Shown one piece after another: positions 47,911-57,971 of a DNA stretch of 64,000 nt. The notes beneath the pieces are model-generated. The model ran no database searches and was not told the origin of the DNA. It saw only the letters and a list, made by a program, of their open reading frames with translations. The DNA lies in the NCBI GenBank assembly GCA_012401045.1, contig GCA_012401045.1_4704.1. One strand, given 5' to 3'. Source of the stretch: a phage. Both the position numbers and the translations under genes were made by a program. Every line of letters starts with the position of its first letter. Within the stretch, counting starts at the first letter, position 1.

Positions 47911-50900
47911 ATGGTAGATAAAACCCGTGTTGAGGGTGATGATAATTGGGACAACTGGGATGAAGACTTCTCCCTGGATCTCGATTTTAACGAACCCAAA
48001 GACGATCGTAAACCGATAACACGCTTTGCGATAGGAGCGGTTAAAGGTGCTGCTGAGGATCTTACTTCCTACGAAAGAATGAAGGAGATCGCCAGAAACG
48101 CATTGCCTAAGGGCTACAGCGACGGTATGGATCTTATTGATTCCGCCGTCGGATCCACGAAGGAACTATACAATGAAGCCGTTCGTGACGTTCTTCCTAA
48201 GGTCCAAAGCTCAAAACGGTTAGCCGCACAACTGACCAAGAAATACCGTGCGAGCATGCCCGATTTCTCGAAGAAAATTCTTGAGCAATGGGAGCGAGAA
48301 GCCAAGGAAGAAGACGAACGTAAACAAGCTGAAGAAACCCTTCGTCAACGCATGGCGAGCGCGGGGGACGATGAGATCGCCCGCAAGGTTGCCGAGGCAT
48401 TAGGCGAATCAGCAAACCAAAGCGCGGATCAGTTCGCTGAACAGCAAGCGAAAGAGAGTATCCGTGACGATATCGCTGACAAACGGTACGCTGTAACCAA
48501 CAAACAAATGAGTGCGATGCAAGAAGGCGTCGCCAAGATGGTTGGTTTCAACAATGAATTCGCTGCACGCTACATGCGTAAAAGCCTGGAACTGAAATAT
48601 CGTTCCTTAGCGATTCAACGTGCAAGTTTTGATCAGCATAAAAAGTTAGCCGAAGTCTATATCGGTTTATTACAAAACATCCAGAAGAATACGGCTTTAC
48701 CTGATGCGGCTAAAGCAAAAATGTCGGAAGAATTCCGCCGTAGCGCGTACCAACGTTTCTTTGGTAATGCGTTAGATGCGATGAGTTCTTTCGAGAACCG
48801 TTTCTTTGCCGATGTTAAGAAAAACCTTGCCACCAACGCATTAGGTGCTTTAAAAGGCGTCGTGTCTGGCGCAAACGATGCGTTATACGGTTTAAACGAA
48901 GCACGTGACTCGATATCCATGATGGATGGGATGGGGTCAGATGGCGATATTAAGGAAATGCAAGGAAAGATGTTGGGTCAGTTCATTGGCTCAACTGTCG
49001 CACCATGGATGGCTAATAAAGGCAGGATGGCGTTACGCGATTTAGCAAAACGTCACCCCAATGCTAAATTCGCTAGCGCGTTAAAAGCCGTGGATCAAGG
49101 TGGTGAGGCTGCCGCTTACACAACGCGTAATCTCGGTAAACTGCTCCAGGAAGATATTCGTAAGAACGAATTCAATCTTAGCGATCCGTTTTACAAGCAA
49201 TTGTTACGCGGTGCAGGGCGTTGGGCGTTCAACATGGACAGCGGACGTAACTTCCGCGTGATGAACGACACCGCTGAAACACTGGCAGAGCAAACATCTT
49301 TCGACGGTTTAACCTACCGCAGCATCAACGAGGTTATTCCAGGCTTTCTTGCACGCATTCTGAAAAGCAGTGAAGGCATCCGCACCGGAAACAGCGATCC
49401 TGACTACGAGGTCTATGACGGCATCAGCGGGCAATTCGTGTCTCAGCGCACGCGTGAGCAAAGCGTCAACGACACGCTGTTTAACAAACGTTCATTTGGT
49501 TATTACGCCAGCCGTTTCAACGAGGTTATCTCGGTCATCGATCCCGATAAGCAATTATCGGAAAAAGCCAGGAAGGCACTGGCTAAACAGTTGGCACGAG
49601 ATAGCGACGCGAACATCGCATTCGACCCGGCTCGTTTTACGGATGAAAGCAACTTCGATCGTAGTATCGACCGTGACGCTATTAAGGAACTTTCCACGTA
49701 CTTTCGTGACCGTTACGGTATTCGTGACGATATCAACGATAAGGGGGAACGTCATCAGGTCATTGGAAACCGCGGGCAATATTACACGGAACGTAACCGA
49801 GCCGATCTTCGTTACGGTAATCTGAAATCTTTACAACCGGATATCCAGCGTAACCTTAACCTGCTGAAACGTACTGGTGACGTCCAATATCTGGAACGGA
49901 TCGGGATTGTAACGAGAAATAGCGACGGAAGTTACTCGGTTAATCACGATAGGTATTTCTCTGAAATCGATCGGTACATCGACCGGCCGGAGTACGCTGA
50001 CCGCGGCGATGTTAATACGCGATTAACCGCTCAGGAAACAAGAGCGCTGGCGCTGGGTTATCGTGACGCAAAACCATCAGCTGGTGACGTCCAAAATGTC
50101 GGCCTGCCGAACATCGGTCGTAAGGCTGCTGGAACAGTAACCGTTGATGAAAACATCGGCTACGATAAATGGTGGAACGACACAGGTGTTATCACCACAT
50201 CGCTTGAAGAACAGAATCGAGCGTGGCAAGAGCTTTATCTCGAGGCGTTGTCCGAAGCATCCGAACAACGTGTTGAAATGCTTGCGCTGCTGAAAGCCAT
50301 TTCTGAGAAAGACTGGTCTAATAACGTTTCGCTGGATGGTGAAGATGTACCTGAAGGTACAGCACCCATTTCATTTATCGATCGTGCCAAACAAAAACTC
50401 GGCGGACGCAACCTGTTTAAAGGCGGCCGCAATCTCCTCTGGAAAGGAATTAAAAATACCGCACGTTTAGGTGTTAAAGGCGCACGCTGGGGTGCAGAAC
50501 GCACGTTGGGTAGTTTGGTAAATTCTGGCCGACGCATTATCAATTTCAACCGCTTCGTGTTCGGCGCATTATCCAAGGTTGATCAGGTTCCGTTTGACAT
50601 TTACGTTAAAGGGGAATCCCAACCACGCATATTGGTTGCTAAACTTCGTCAGGGGTTATACTTCGATGAAGCGACAGGAAAAGCCGTAAAACGGATGAAG
50701 GATATCAAAGGCCCACTCGTTGATGCGGATGGAAACATCGTAATCAGCAACGAGGATATCGAGAAAGGGTTGGTCACTCGCGCTGGTCGTGCCTTTGAGA
50801 ATTCAGGACTTAAAGCATGGGCACGTGAAGGTCTTAATGGAATAACGACGGCATTAAGTCTCCCACGGATGTTAAAACGCGGTGCGGTTGAGATCTACAA

Positions 50901-53900
50901 ACAGCTTGACAAAACACCCGACGTTTACGTCAAGGGAGAATCAACGCCTCGTCTGTTGTCCATGGTGTTAGCAGCGGGTGGGTATTTCCGTCGCTCGGAT
51001 GGACAAGTCATCAAAAATCTTGAAGACATCGATGGTGATGTTGTTGATGCACAAGGTAACGTCGTACTTACGCTTGCCGACATGCAGAAAGGACTTGTCG
51101 ATAAATACGGTAAAGCGATTCGTCGTTTAAAAGAAAAGCTCATCAACTTCGGTGTAAAAGCTTTTACGTTACCGTTAACGTTGCTACGTAAGACAAAGGA
51201 CATCCTTAAAGCCCTTCCAGGTAAAACCGTTAACGGTCTACGGCGGATGGGATTAAATTTCCAATCACCTGACGCGTTACTGGTGGGAACAACGTCGAGC
51301 ATGGTAGATCGCCTCGATGCTATTTACCAGCTTCTTGACCAGCGTATGCCGGGAGGTGATAAGGATTACCGCGATTGGAATGGCGATGGTGTTCGAGAAG
51401 GATCGTTGGAAGACCTGAAACGTAAGCGTGAAGCCAAGGAAAACGGTAAGGATGACATCGGCAAAGATTCCAATAAAGGAGAAGAAAAGGAGAAGAAACG
51501 AGGGTTACTCGGAAGCCTTTTCGATATGCTCGGTGATACCGCAATAGGTAAACGTCTCATGGCGAGTCCGCTTGGAAAAATTCTGGGTGGTCTTGGGGCG
51601 GTGTTAAGCGGCGGTGCGTCGTTAACTGGGTTGTTGGGCAAAGGTCTCATTAGAGGAACCGGCGCGCTGGTCAAGGGAGGACTAAGTGCGGCAGGATGGT
51701 TAGGACGTGGTGCGTTAATGGCGGGTGGGGCCGCGTTGAACGCCGTTGGTGGGTTATCGGGATTAGGTGCATTCCTCATCTCACCTGTTGGGCTTGCTAT
51801 CGCTGGCGGTGCGTTGGCTGCTTATGCTGGATGGAAGATCTATCAGCATTTCGCCGAGAAGCCTGACCCGATGCAGAAGCTCCGTCTTATTGCATACGGT
51901 GCAAAAGGGGACGATAAAGACTTCAATAAGAAGCTGCTTGCGACAGAAACATACCTCACCGACCATGTGGTTATGACCGGGGATACCATCGGATTCGATC
52001 CGAAAGCCGACTCGGAAAAGATTCTCGAAATCTGGGAATTGTCTCTGGAAGATTCCGACCGAATGAACGAATGGAAACGCTGGTATCTGCATCGTTTTAT
52101 TCCTGTTTTCGCTCGCGCGTACAAACTCTGGAAAGAGCATATGCCGGACGAGAAGAAATACATGGAAATGGATAAATATCCGAACGGTGAGAACAAAGTG
52201 AAATGGTCGGAAGCGTTTATCTGGCCTTCCGATAGTCCTGATGGTCCGTATTACGTCGAAGCTAACCCGTTGGGTTCTTCTGGTGCGACGCGTTATATTG
52301 CTGGTCAAGACGTCAAAACCTTGATGCTGAAACAACTCGAAGCCATCAAGAAAGAGTACCAGAATCAGATTAAGCAATACACTCATGATGAGGCTATTGC
52401 TGATTGGTCACGGATGTCTGACACACAACGTAAATCCGTTGCGCCTAACGCATTACGTGGTCAGAAAGCGTCATTACGTTTTAACGATAAACGTTACAAC
52501 AGCGCTGGTGCTAAAGGACGACAGAAACTGGATGCAACCGCGGTTATTGAAAGCGTAGACCGCCGTGGTAGGAAATGGGTTGCCGGTGGATACATCGATG
52601 AACTCACCAGTCTTCGTGTTCGTGCGTACGGTATTAAGGTTCCGTTGTTAAGTCAGATAAAAGTGCTGATGGAACTTGAAGACGCTGTAGAACCTGGCGT
52701 TGTCGCTGAAGGTAAAGGTGTTAAATACGGTGGCGATCTTGTCGCGCTCTACAAGAAATTCGCGACGAAGTTCGGAAGAGACGTTAACAGCAAGCATGAT
52801 CAGGATATCTGGTTTGCTTGGATGAACAACCGTTTCCTGCCCGTCTTTTTAACCTATTACCAACAAGTTAGCGACATGGGCGGTCAAGGACTTCTGTCCG
52901 ACGTGGTACAGAACCTGAAAGACAGCCAACGCTGGGAAATCGGTGAAGCACTTGTCGCAACGCAATACCGTGATGAGAAAGGTACACTGCAGCCTGTATG
53001 GTCCTGGAATAGTTGTGGTTTCTCCGGTACTGAAGCTAACACCACCAGCAGTTCAACAAAGAGCCAACTCGATCTGTTAAAAGAATATGCGGATAAAGAG
53101 AAGGTTCGTGAGAAGAACGCGGAAGCATCGCAAGAGGATACCGATAAATTATCGAAGATCCAAGAGCTGATGATGAAGCAGGCTGGGTACGAGAAGAAAG
53201 ACGGTGTCTGGCAGAAGAAATCTCGCATTACCGGCGGGATGAGTAACTCCGAAGCGAATTACAACCCCAATAGGAATAAGGTCGGTGAAAGCAGCTTTAC
53301 GGCTTCGGCTACTTCCAATGCGGGATTAGGGTCAACCGGCGATCTTACCGGATTGCCTAACATGGGCTTACAGAAACCTGCAATGGGACCAGGTCCTGAA
53401 GCTGGACGTCGTGCGCTTGTTAAATCCGCTGTAAAACGCGGCATTACCGATCCGATGGAAATGGCGATGTTCCTTGCGAACATCGAACATGAATCGGGGA
53501 ACTACACTCACGTACGTGAGGGGAACTATAAGACACCAGAGCGTCTTAAACAGGTCTTCCCTTACAAATTCCGTGATGTGCAGGATGCCGCACAGACGAT
53601 CAGCATGGGTCCGGAAGTGGTATTCGAACGTGTGTATGGTAATCGTAAAGATCTCGGAAACACACAGAAAGGAGACGGGGCGAAGTATTTAGGACGTGGC
53701 TTCATTCAGGTTACCGGTAAAGCTAACTACGCTCGTCTGTCCAAGACCTTGAATAAGGATCTTGTCAGCGATCCGACCTACCTGGAAACGCCGGAAGGTG
53801 CAGCGGAAGGTAGTGTCGCATGGTGGCTCAACCGAGGTAACGTATTACGCGATCCCGCAAAACGGGGTGACGTACGCCAAGTTCGTTATCTAGTTAACGG

Positions 53901-54576
53901 TGGCTATAACGGATTACGTGATGTTGAACAACGTTCTGCATATTGGATTCAGGCAGCTAAGAATGGCACCCTGAAGAAAATGATGGACGAGTTATCAGGG
54001 TCAACATCAGACGATCAAGCTGAAGGACCGACCACTGCCGAACAGGTGAAGAACGAAGCAGCACAAGAGGCAAACGGAACACCTGCTGTAAGCAACGATC
54101 CGCAAGCCCCAGTATCTTCTACCACCCCTGAAGCTAAACCGTCTGCGGCTGCCGGGACGGCCCCAGCACCTGGGGAAGCATCACCAACGCCTGGAAGTTT
54201 CGAAACAGCAAAAGCCGCGGCAGGACAACCGACATCAACTCCAGCACCTAGCGATTTGCCGTCAAACCCAGGCGCAAATCGAGGGATATCGGTTCCGAAT
54301 ACACCTGCACAGGTTGCGCAGTCTGCGACACAAACGTCGGCTGCAAGTGAGAACTTCTACGGTAGCGCAGGTGAAATTCTCCGACAGCAGCTGACCACAC
54401 AGCAGAACATCGAGAAGAACACCGGTAGAACGAATGAACTTATTTCGGAATTAATCCAAGCCGTTAAGGGTTCTTCTATCGGTAAGGGTTCTGCAAGTCC
54501 TTCTCAACAACAGACGATGTCACTACCTAATCGTCCGCAAGGAATCTCTCCAACACGGACAAGGTACGCACAGTAG
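47911..54576 (+). CDS. giant virion-associated protein with C-terminal GH19-like peptidoglycan hydrolase domain (about 2221 aa; track start GTG 47818)
   Basis: GH19 motifs FLANIEHESGNY, YLGRGFIQVTGKANY, SVAWWLN near 53400..53965; Gly-zipper hydrophobic segment; ATG 47911 has GGAGG SD. Confidence 0.7.
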   Translation: MVDKTRVEGDDNWDNWDEDFSLDLDFNEPKDDRKPITRFAIGAVKGAAEDLTSYERMKEIARNALPKGYSDGMDLIDSAVGSTKELYNEAVRDVLPKVQSSKRLAAQLTKKYRASMPDFSKKILEQWEREAKEEDERKQAEETLRQRMASAGDDEIARKVAEALGESANQSADQFAEQQAKESIRDDIADKRYAVTNKQMSAMQEGVAKMVGFNNEFAARYMRKSLELKYRSLAIQRASFDQHKKLAEVYIGLLQNIQKNTALPDAAKAKMSEEFRRSAYQRFFGNALDAMSSFENRFFADVKKNLATNALGALKGVVSGANDALYGLNEARDSISMMDGMGSDGDIKEMQGKMLGQFIGSTVAPWMANKGRMALRDLAKRHPNAKFASALKAVDQGGEAAAYTTRNLGKLLQEDIRKNEFNLSDPFYKQLLRGAGRWAFNMDSGRNFRVMNDTAETLAEQTSFDGLTYRSINEVIPGFLARILKSSEGIRTGNSDPDYEVYDGISGQFVSQRTREQSVNDTLFNKRSFGYYASRFNEVISVIDPDKQLSEKARKALAKQLARDSDANIAFDPARFTDESNFDRSIDRDAIKELSTYFRDRYGIRDDINDKGERHQVIGNRGQYYTERNRADLRYGNLKSLQPDIQRNLNLLKRTGDVQYLERIGIVTRNSDGSYSVNHDRYFSEIDRYIDRPEYADRGDVNTRLTAQETRALALGYRDAKPSAGDVQNVGLPNIGRKAAGTVTVDENIGYDKWWNDTGVITTSLEEQNRAWQELYLEALSEASEQRVEMLALLKAISEKDWSNNVSLDGEDVPEGTAPISFIDRAKQKLGGRNLFKGGRNLLWKGIKNTARLGVKGARWGAERTLGSLVNSGRRIINFNRFVFGALSKVDQVPFDIYVKGESQPRILVAKLRQGLYFDEATGKAVKRMKDIKGPLVDADGNIVISNEDIEKGLVTRAGRAFENSGLKAWAREGLNGITTALSLPRMLKRGAVEIYKQLDKTPDVYVKGESTPRLLSMVLAAGGYFRRSDGQVIKNLEDIDGDVVDAQGNVVLTLADMQKGLVDKYGKAIRRLKEKLINFGVKAFTLPLTLLRKTKDILKALPGKTVNGLRRMGLNFQSPDALLVGTTSSMVDRLDAIYQLLDQRMPGGDKDYRDWNGDGVREGSLEDLKRKREAKENGKDDIGKDSNKGEEKEKKRGLLGSLFDMLGDTAIGKRLMASPLGKILGGLGAVLSGGASLTGLLGKGLIRGTGALVKGGLSAAGWLGRGALMAGGAALNAVGGLSGLGAFLISPVGLAIAGGALAAYAGWKIYQHFAEKPDPMQKLRLIAYGAKGDDKDFNKKLLATETYLTDHVVMTGDTIGFDPKADSEKILEIWELSLEDSDRMNEWKRWYLHRFIPVFARAYKLWKEHMPDEKKYMEMDKYPNGENKVKWSEAFIWPSDSPDGPYYVEANPLGSSGATRYIAGQDVKTLMLKQLEAIKKEYQNQIKQYTHDEAIADWSRMSDTQRKSVAPNALRGQKASLRFNDKRYNSAGAKGRQKLDATAVIESVDRRGRKWVAGGYIDELTSLRVRAYGIKVPLLSQIKVLMELEDAVEPGVVAEGKGVKYGGDLVALYKKFATKFGRDVNSKHDQDIWFAWMNNRFLPVFLTYYQQVSDMGGQGLLSDVVQNLKDSQRWEIGEALVATQYRDEKGTLQPVWSWNSCGFSGTEANTTSSSTKSQLDLLKEYADKEKVREKNAEASQEDTDKLSKIQELMMKQAGYEKKDGVWQKKSRITGGMSNSEANYNPNRNKVGESSFTASATSNAGLGSTGDLTGLPNMGLQKPAMGPGPEAGRRALVKSAVKRGITDPMEMAMFLANIEHESGNYTHVREGNYKTPERLKQVFPYKFRDVQDAAQTISMGPEVVFERVYGNRKDLGNTQKGDGAKYLGRGFIQVTGKANYARLSKTLNKDLVSDPTYLETPEGAAEGSVAWWLNRGNVLRDPAKRGDVRQVRYLVNGGYNGLRDVEQRSAYWIQAAKNGTLKKMMDELSGSTSDDQAEGPTTAEQVKNEAAQEANGTPAVSNDPQAPVSSTTPEAKPSAAAGTAPAPGEASPTPGSFETAKAAAGQPTSTPAPSDLPSNPGANRGISVPNTPAQVAQSATQTSAASENFYGSAGEILRQQLTTQQNIEKNTGRTNELISELIQAVKGSSIGKGSASPSQQQTMSLPNRPQGISPTRTRYAQ

Positions 54577-54587
54577 TCATTAGTTAA

Positions 54588-54606
54588 GGGCGGGAATCTC
54601 CCGCCC
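54588..54606 (+). terminator. terminator hairpin after giant virion gene
   Basis: GGGCGGGA-loop-TCCCGCCC followed by TCTTCTT. Confidence 0.5.
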
Positions 54607-54625
54607 TCTTCTTGAGGAATGTTAC

Positions 54626-56767
54626 ATGGGTATTCTTGTTCAAAACGCCCTAATCACCAAACAAGCGTTTTTATTACCAGGCGATAGCAGCACTCTGAGC
54701 GCCGACATGATTAAAGCGAGACATACACCGTATTCCTACGATAACGTCGATGATACCACCTTAGGTGGGAACTGGGTGCTTAACCCGCCGCCGCAATATA
54801 CAAAATTTGCCGACATCAAAGAACGCCGACGTGCGGTTATGCCGGGATCAACGGGCATGGGTCGAGGCTATAGTGAAAGCATTAACAGCTTTAAAGAGGT
54901 CGTTACATTACGATTCGGTAAACCTCGCTTTACAGGCGCAAGTATCTTCTTTACTGATTTCTACGATGCGGATGTTGCCGTAACGGTTAAAACCGGTCGC
55001 GATCCCGGTATTCTTTATTACGCAGCCAAAGCGTATACCACCGTTCTTTCTTACCTCACACCTCTACCCTACTTGTATATGGTTGGACGTATCGGTCGAT
55101 ATTTCCTGGGTAAGCCTACCAGTCAATATTACTATCAAGTACCAACCATGCACGTGTATTGGGCGTCTTTCCAAACACTGGTAAACCAAACAGCGATAAA
55201 CATGGGTCTTATCGCCGGTGCCGGTAAAGATAAAGGCTATGTGGAAGAAGGGGGTACCGTACTCCACCAATATTCAATCGGTGGTCAGAACGTTGAAGAA
55301 TTCATCAACTACGCCTCTAAGACGCTACCGGGGATTTATAAGAAAGGTGGTGGGATCGATATCTACCAGATCGCAACACGACGTCAGCGCATACAGAACG
55401 CATGGGTACGTCGTATTCAATCCATGATGGAAAACGATTACTCGTCTTACGAGGAGTTCTGGAACGATCTTGATAAACGACTTGATAGCGGAGCATTTCC
55501 ATCGGATGTAACCGGCCGTACGTTAACGCAGTATCTCGCCGACACGCAGAAGTCTGCTGTTTACAGTGCGACAGCTGGTGATAATAAACAAACGATGGAC
55601 GACCTTTTATTCGGAAGGGCCTCATACACCAACAAGGACGCTGATGCCAACTTCAATGTCTCTGCAGTCACCTCCGACGGCGGTACGTCAACACAAAGTC
55701 AGGGTACAACAGCCAATGTCGGTAATTCGACATCAGGGACAACGCAAGCTTCAACAGCAGCATCGACGGCTGGAGGTGCGAACGTACAGAGCAAAGGAAT
55801 CGGGCAAACGAACGCAGCCGAAGAAGCTACATTTCTTGATCTGATGGATGCTGAACTGGCTGACGGTGCCCAGTTTATCAGTTTTCGAGTCGATTCTGTC
55901 ACCAGTGTAACCGAAACGTTTTCAAACAGCGCTTCAGAAAGTTCTATTGCACAGACGATGAATAGCCGTGCACAAGCGAACATCGAACGTCGTTTCACCC
56001 TTTCCGGTGGTAATACAGGTTGGGCTGTACTAGACGAAGCAATCAAAGCCGGTTCCGATCTCGTCAACGGTGCTATTTCCGGGATGGGTCTGGATGGTAT
56101 TTTTGGGGCCTTCATGGGTTCCGGCTTCGCTGACATTCCGAAATTCTATTCTGGATCGTCAGTAAGTCTACCGCGCGCCGATCTGACGATGGAATTGCGT
56201 TCCTGGAGTGGGGATCGTTGGTCGATCTTTACGAACCTCATGGTGCCTCTTTTAGCTATCCTTGCAGGTGGTTTACCTCAGGCTACCGGTAAATCGTCCT
56301 ACGGGATGCCGTTCATGTGTGAATGTTATATCCCTGGTAAAGTCCAGATTAAAATGGGTCTTATCGACAACATCACTGTGACGCGTCACGTTGGAAACGT
56401 GCCATCAACACGTGAGCGGTTACCGTTGGGTATCGATGTCAGCTTCAGCGTTTATGACCTGTCGTCCATCGTCGCCATGCCGATCACAACGACGGCCGCA
56501 TCGATCGCAAAATTGGATCCTCGTGGCTTCTTAAGTGATCTTCTTGCTGACGATACCCCACTCAACAACTATCTTGCTGTATTATCAGCATTGACGCTTA
56601 CGGAACAAGTTTACATGATTCCTGATTTAAGTCGTCGCATGCATAAAACCATGGCTGATATCGATAGTTTCTGGAGCAAAGGTAATTTTGCTAGCTGGTT
56701 GTCTGACACCATGCCTGGCAGGATAGCATCAGGGCTGTTATGGAAACGTACAGAACGTCCGTTCTGA
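54626..56767 (+). CDS. putative virion protein (713 aa)
   Basis: ORF track; GAGGAA SD; Ser/Thr/Gly-rich low-complexity linker; follows giant virion gene. Confidence 0.6.
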   Translation: MGILVQNALITKQAFLLPGDSSTLSADMIKARHTPYSYDNVDDTTLGGNWVLNPPPQYTKFADIKERRRAVMPGSTGMGRGYSESINSFKEVVTLRFGKPRFTGASIFFTDFYDADVAVTVKTGRDPGILYYAAKAYTTVLSYLTPLPYLYMVGRIGRYFLGKPTSQYYYQVPTMHVYWASFQTLVNQTAINMGLIAGAGKDKGYVEEGGTVLHQYSIGGQNVEEFINYASKTLPGIYKKGGGIDIYQIATRRQRIQNAWVRRIQSMMENDYSSYEEFWNDLDKRLDSGAFPSDVTGRTLTQYLADTQKSAVYSATAGDNKQTMDDLLFGRASYTNKDADANFNVSAVTSDGGTSTQSQGTTANVGNSTSGTTQASTAASTAGGANVQSKGIGQTNAAEEATFLDLMDAELADGAQFISFRVDSVTSVTETFSNSASESSIAQTMNSRAQANIERRFTLSGGNTGWAVLDEAIKAGSDLVNGAISGMGLDGIFGAFMGSGFADIPKFYSGSSVSLPRADLTMELRSWSGDRWSIFTNLMVPLLAILAGGLPQATGKSSYGMPFMCECYIPGKVQIKMGLIDNITVTRHVGNVPSTRERLPLGIDVSFSVYDLSSIVAMPITTTAASIAKLDPRGFLSDLLADDTPLNNYLAVLSALTLTEQVYMIPDLSRRMHKTMADIDSFWSKGNFASWLSDTMPGRIASGLLWKRTERPF

Positions 56768-56780
56768 TATTCACCGCATA

Positions 56781-56818
56781 AACCCCTCTCCCTTCCCTGA
56801 TGGGTTGGGAGAGGGGTT
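56781..56818. terminator. bidirectional terminator
   Basis: AACCCCTCTCCC...GGGAGAGGGGTT 12-bp stem between convergent genes. Confidence 0.55.
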
Positions 56819-56821
56819 ATG

Positions 56822-57889
56822 TTAACCCAACGTCACCGTCGGTAAATCAGGATAAAGTTTCTTCAAGCCTGCCATCGTGGTGGCAGTTGTATAATTCTTA
56901 CCCATCGCAGCAAGAGATGCGTATTTCCTACTGCGGGAGAAAAGAGAATAGAACCCACTGGATGTTTCCATCCACATCGTGAGGAGTTCTGCATCATTAC
57001 CGTGATAGTTCGTTTTACTCCATCCTGGTTTAAACGCATCAGCAAAATCAATTAAACGCGATGCTTCAGCGTCGTATTCTTTAAGGGTAATATACGATGG
57101 GATACGGTAGTTACGAAACAATAACGTAATGAGTTCAGGGACAACGCTACGGGCACGTTCAGCAGTAATAAGTTCGGTGATAACGGCAGCTGTACGGAAA
57201 TCGCCGTTAAGGCCAACGCTGCTTAACGATTCCGCTAAAGTGGTTGCCATCGCCACTTTATCCTCCGCTGATCCAGAGTCATACAGACTACGTACGTCGA
57301 TATAGTTGCCCGCTAATGCGGCTTGACGAATCAACGATGTGACAACCGTCCGGTTCGTCTTATAGTCGTTGTAGCTGAATTCGGTTCGCGTTTTCCCTTG
57401 ATCGTCGAGATACCGATCAACAATCGTCGACAGTTTATAATACTCGTCGCCAGACATCAGACTATCGAGAAGCTTAACGTTTCCATCTTTATCAATAAGC
57501 TTCCCTAACGCACCATTGGATTGCTGGTTAATGGTACTGTAAATCTGGTCTTTTACTTGCGATAGAATGTTATCGGTTGACGATATATTCAGGCCAGTAA
57601 CATCTTTGATCTTATTCATCAACGCGTTTTCATTCAGGGAGATTTTGCCTCCGCTGATATCGATGAAAGAATTAAGATCGCTTATGGAAATCAGGTTTCC
57701 TGTTAACGCCGATAATGTACTATTGATACTGTTCGTAATACTGCTGCGAAAACTGGTTAACGCATCCGCCGCTGAAACAGCGGTACCGCTAACCGCTTTA
57801 AGGAGCGTATCACGCCCTGTCGAAAAATCGCTGGTGATGGTTTTGATCTTGGACGTATCTATACTCGGCAGTTTGTCGTAAAGACTCAT
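56822..57889 (-). CDS. hypothetical protein (about 355 aa; track start GTG 57940)
   Basis: ATG 57889 with AGGAGG SD 6 nt upstream; tracked N-terminus lies in a terminator hairpin. Confidence 0.55.
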   Translation of the reverse strand: MSLYDKLPSIDTSKIKTITSDFSTGRDTLLKAVSGTAVSAADALTSFRSSITNSINSTLSALTGNLISISDLNSFIDISGGKISLNENALMNKIKDVTGLNISSTDNILSQVKDQIYSTINQQSNGALGKLIDKDGNVKLLDSLMSGDEYYKLSTIVDRYLDDQGKTRTEFSYNDYKTNRTVVTSLIRQAALAGNYIDVRSLYDSGSAEDKVAMATTLAESLSSVGLNGDFRTAAVITELITAERARSVVPELITLLFRNYRIPSYITLKEYDAEASRLIDFADAFKPGWSKTNYHGNDAELLTMWMETSSGFYSLFSRSRKYASLAAMGKNYTTATTMAGLKKLYPDLPTVTLG

Positions 57890-57927
57890 CACGTCCTCCT
57901 GAAAAAGAAAAAAGAAATACGGCATAA

Positions 57928-57955
57928 AGCCTACCCACACAATGGTGGGTAGGCT
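57928..57955 (-). terminator. intrinsic terminator candidate
   Basis: AGCCTACCCAC-ACAATG-GTGGGTAGGCT; long U-rich tail on minus strand; after CDS 57972..58484. Confidence 0.6.
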
Positions 57956-57971
57956 AAGATCAACATCGATG

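Noticed and set aside
51781-52386. Minus-strand ORFs (201 aa and others from 50235 to 53483) inside the giant virion gene
   Set aside because: Antisense shadows of one continuous 6.7-kb reading frame; Arg/Pro/Ser-rich translations
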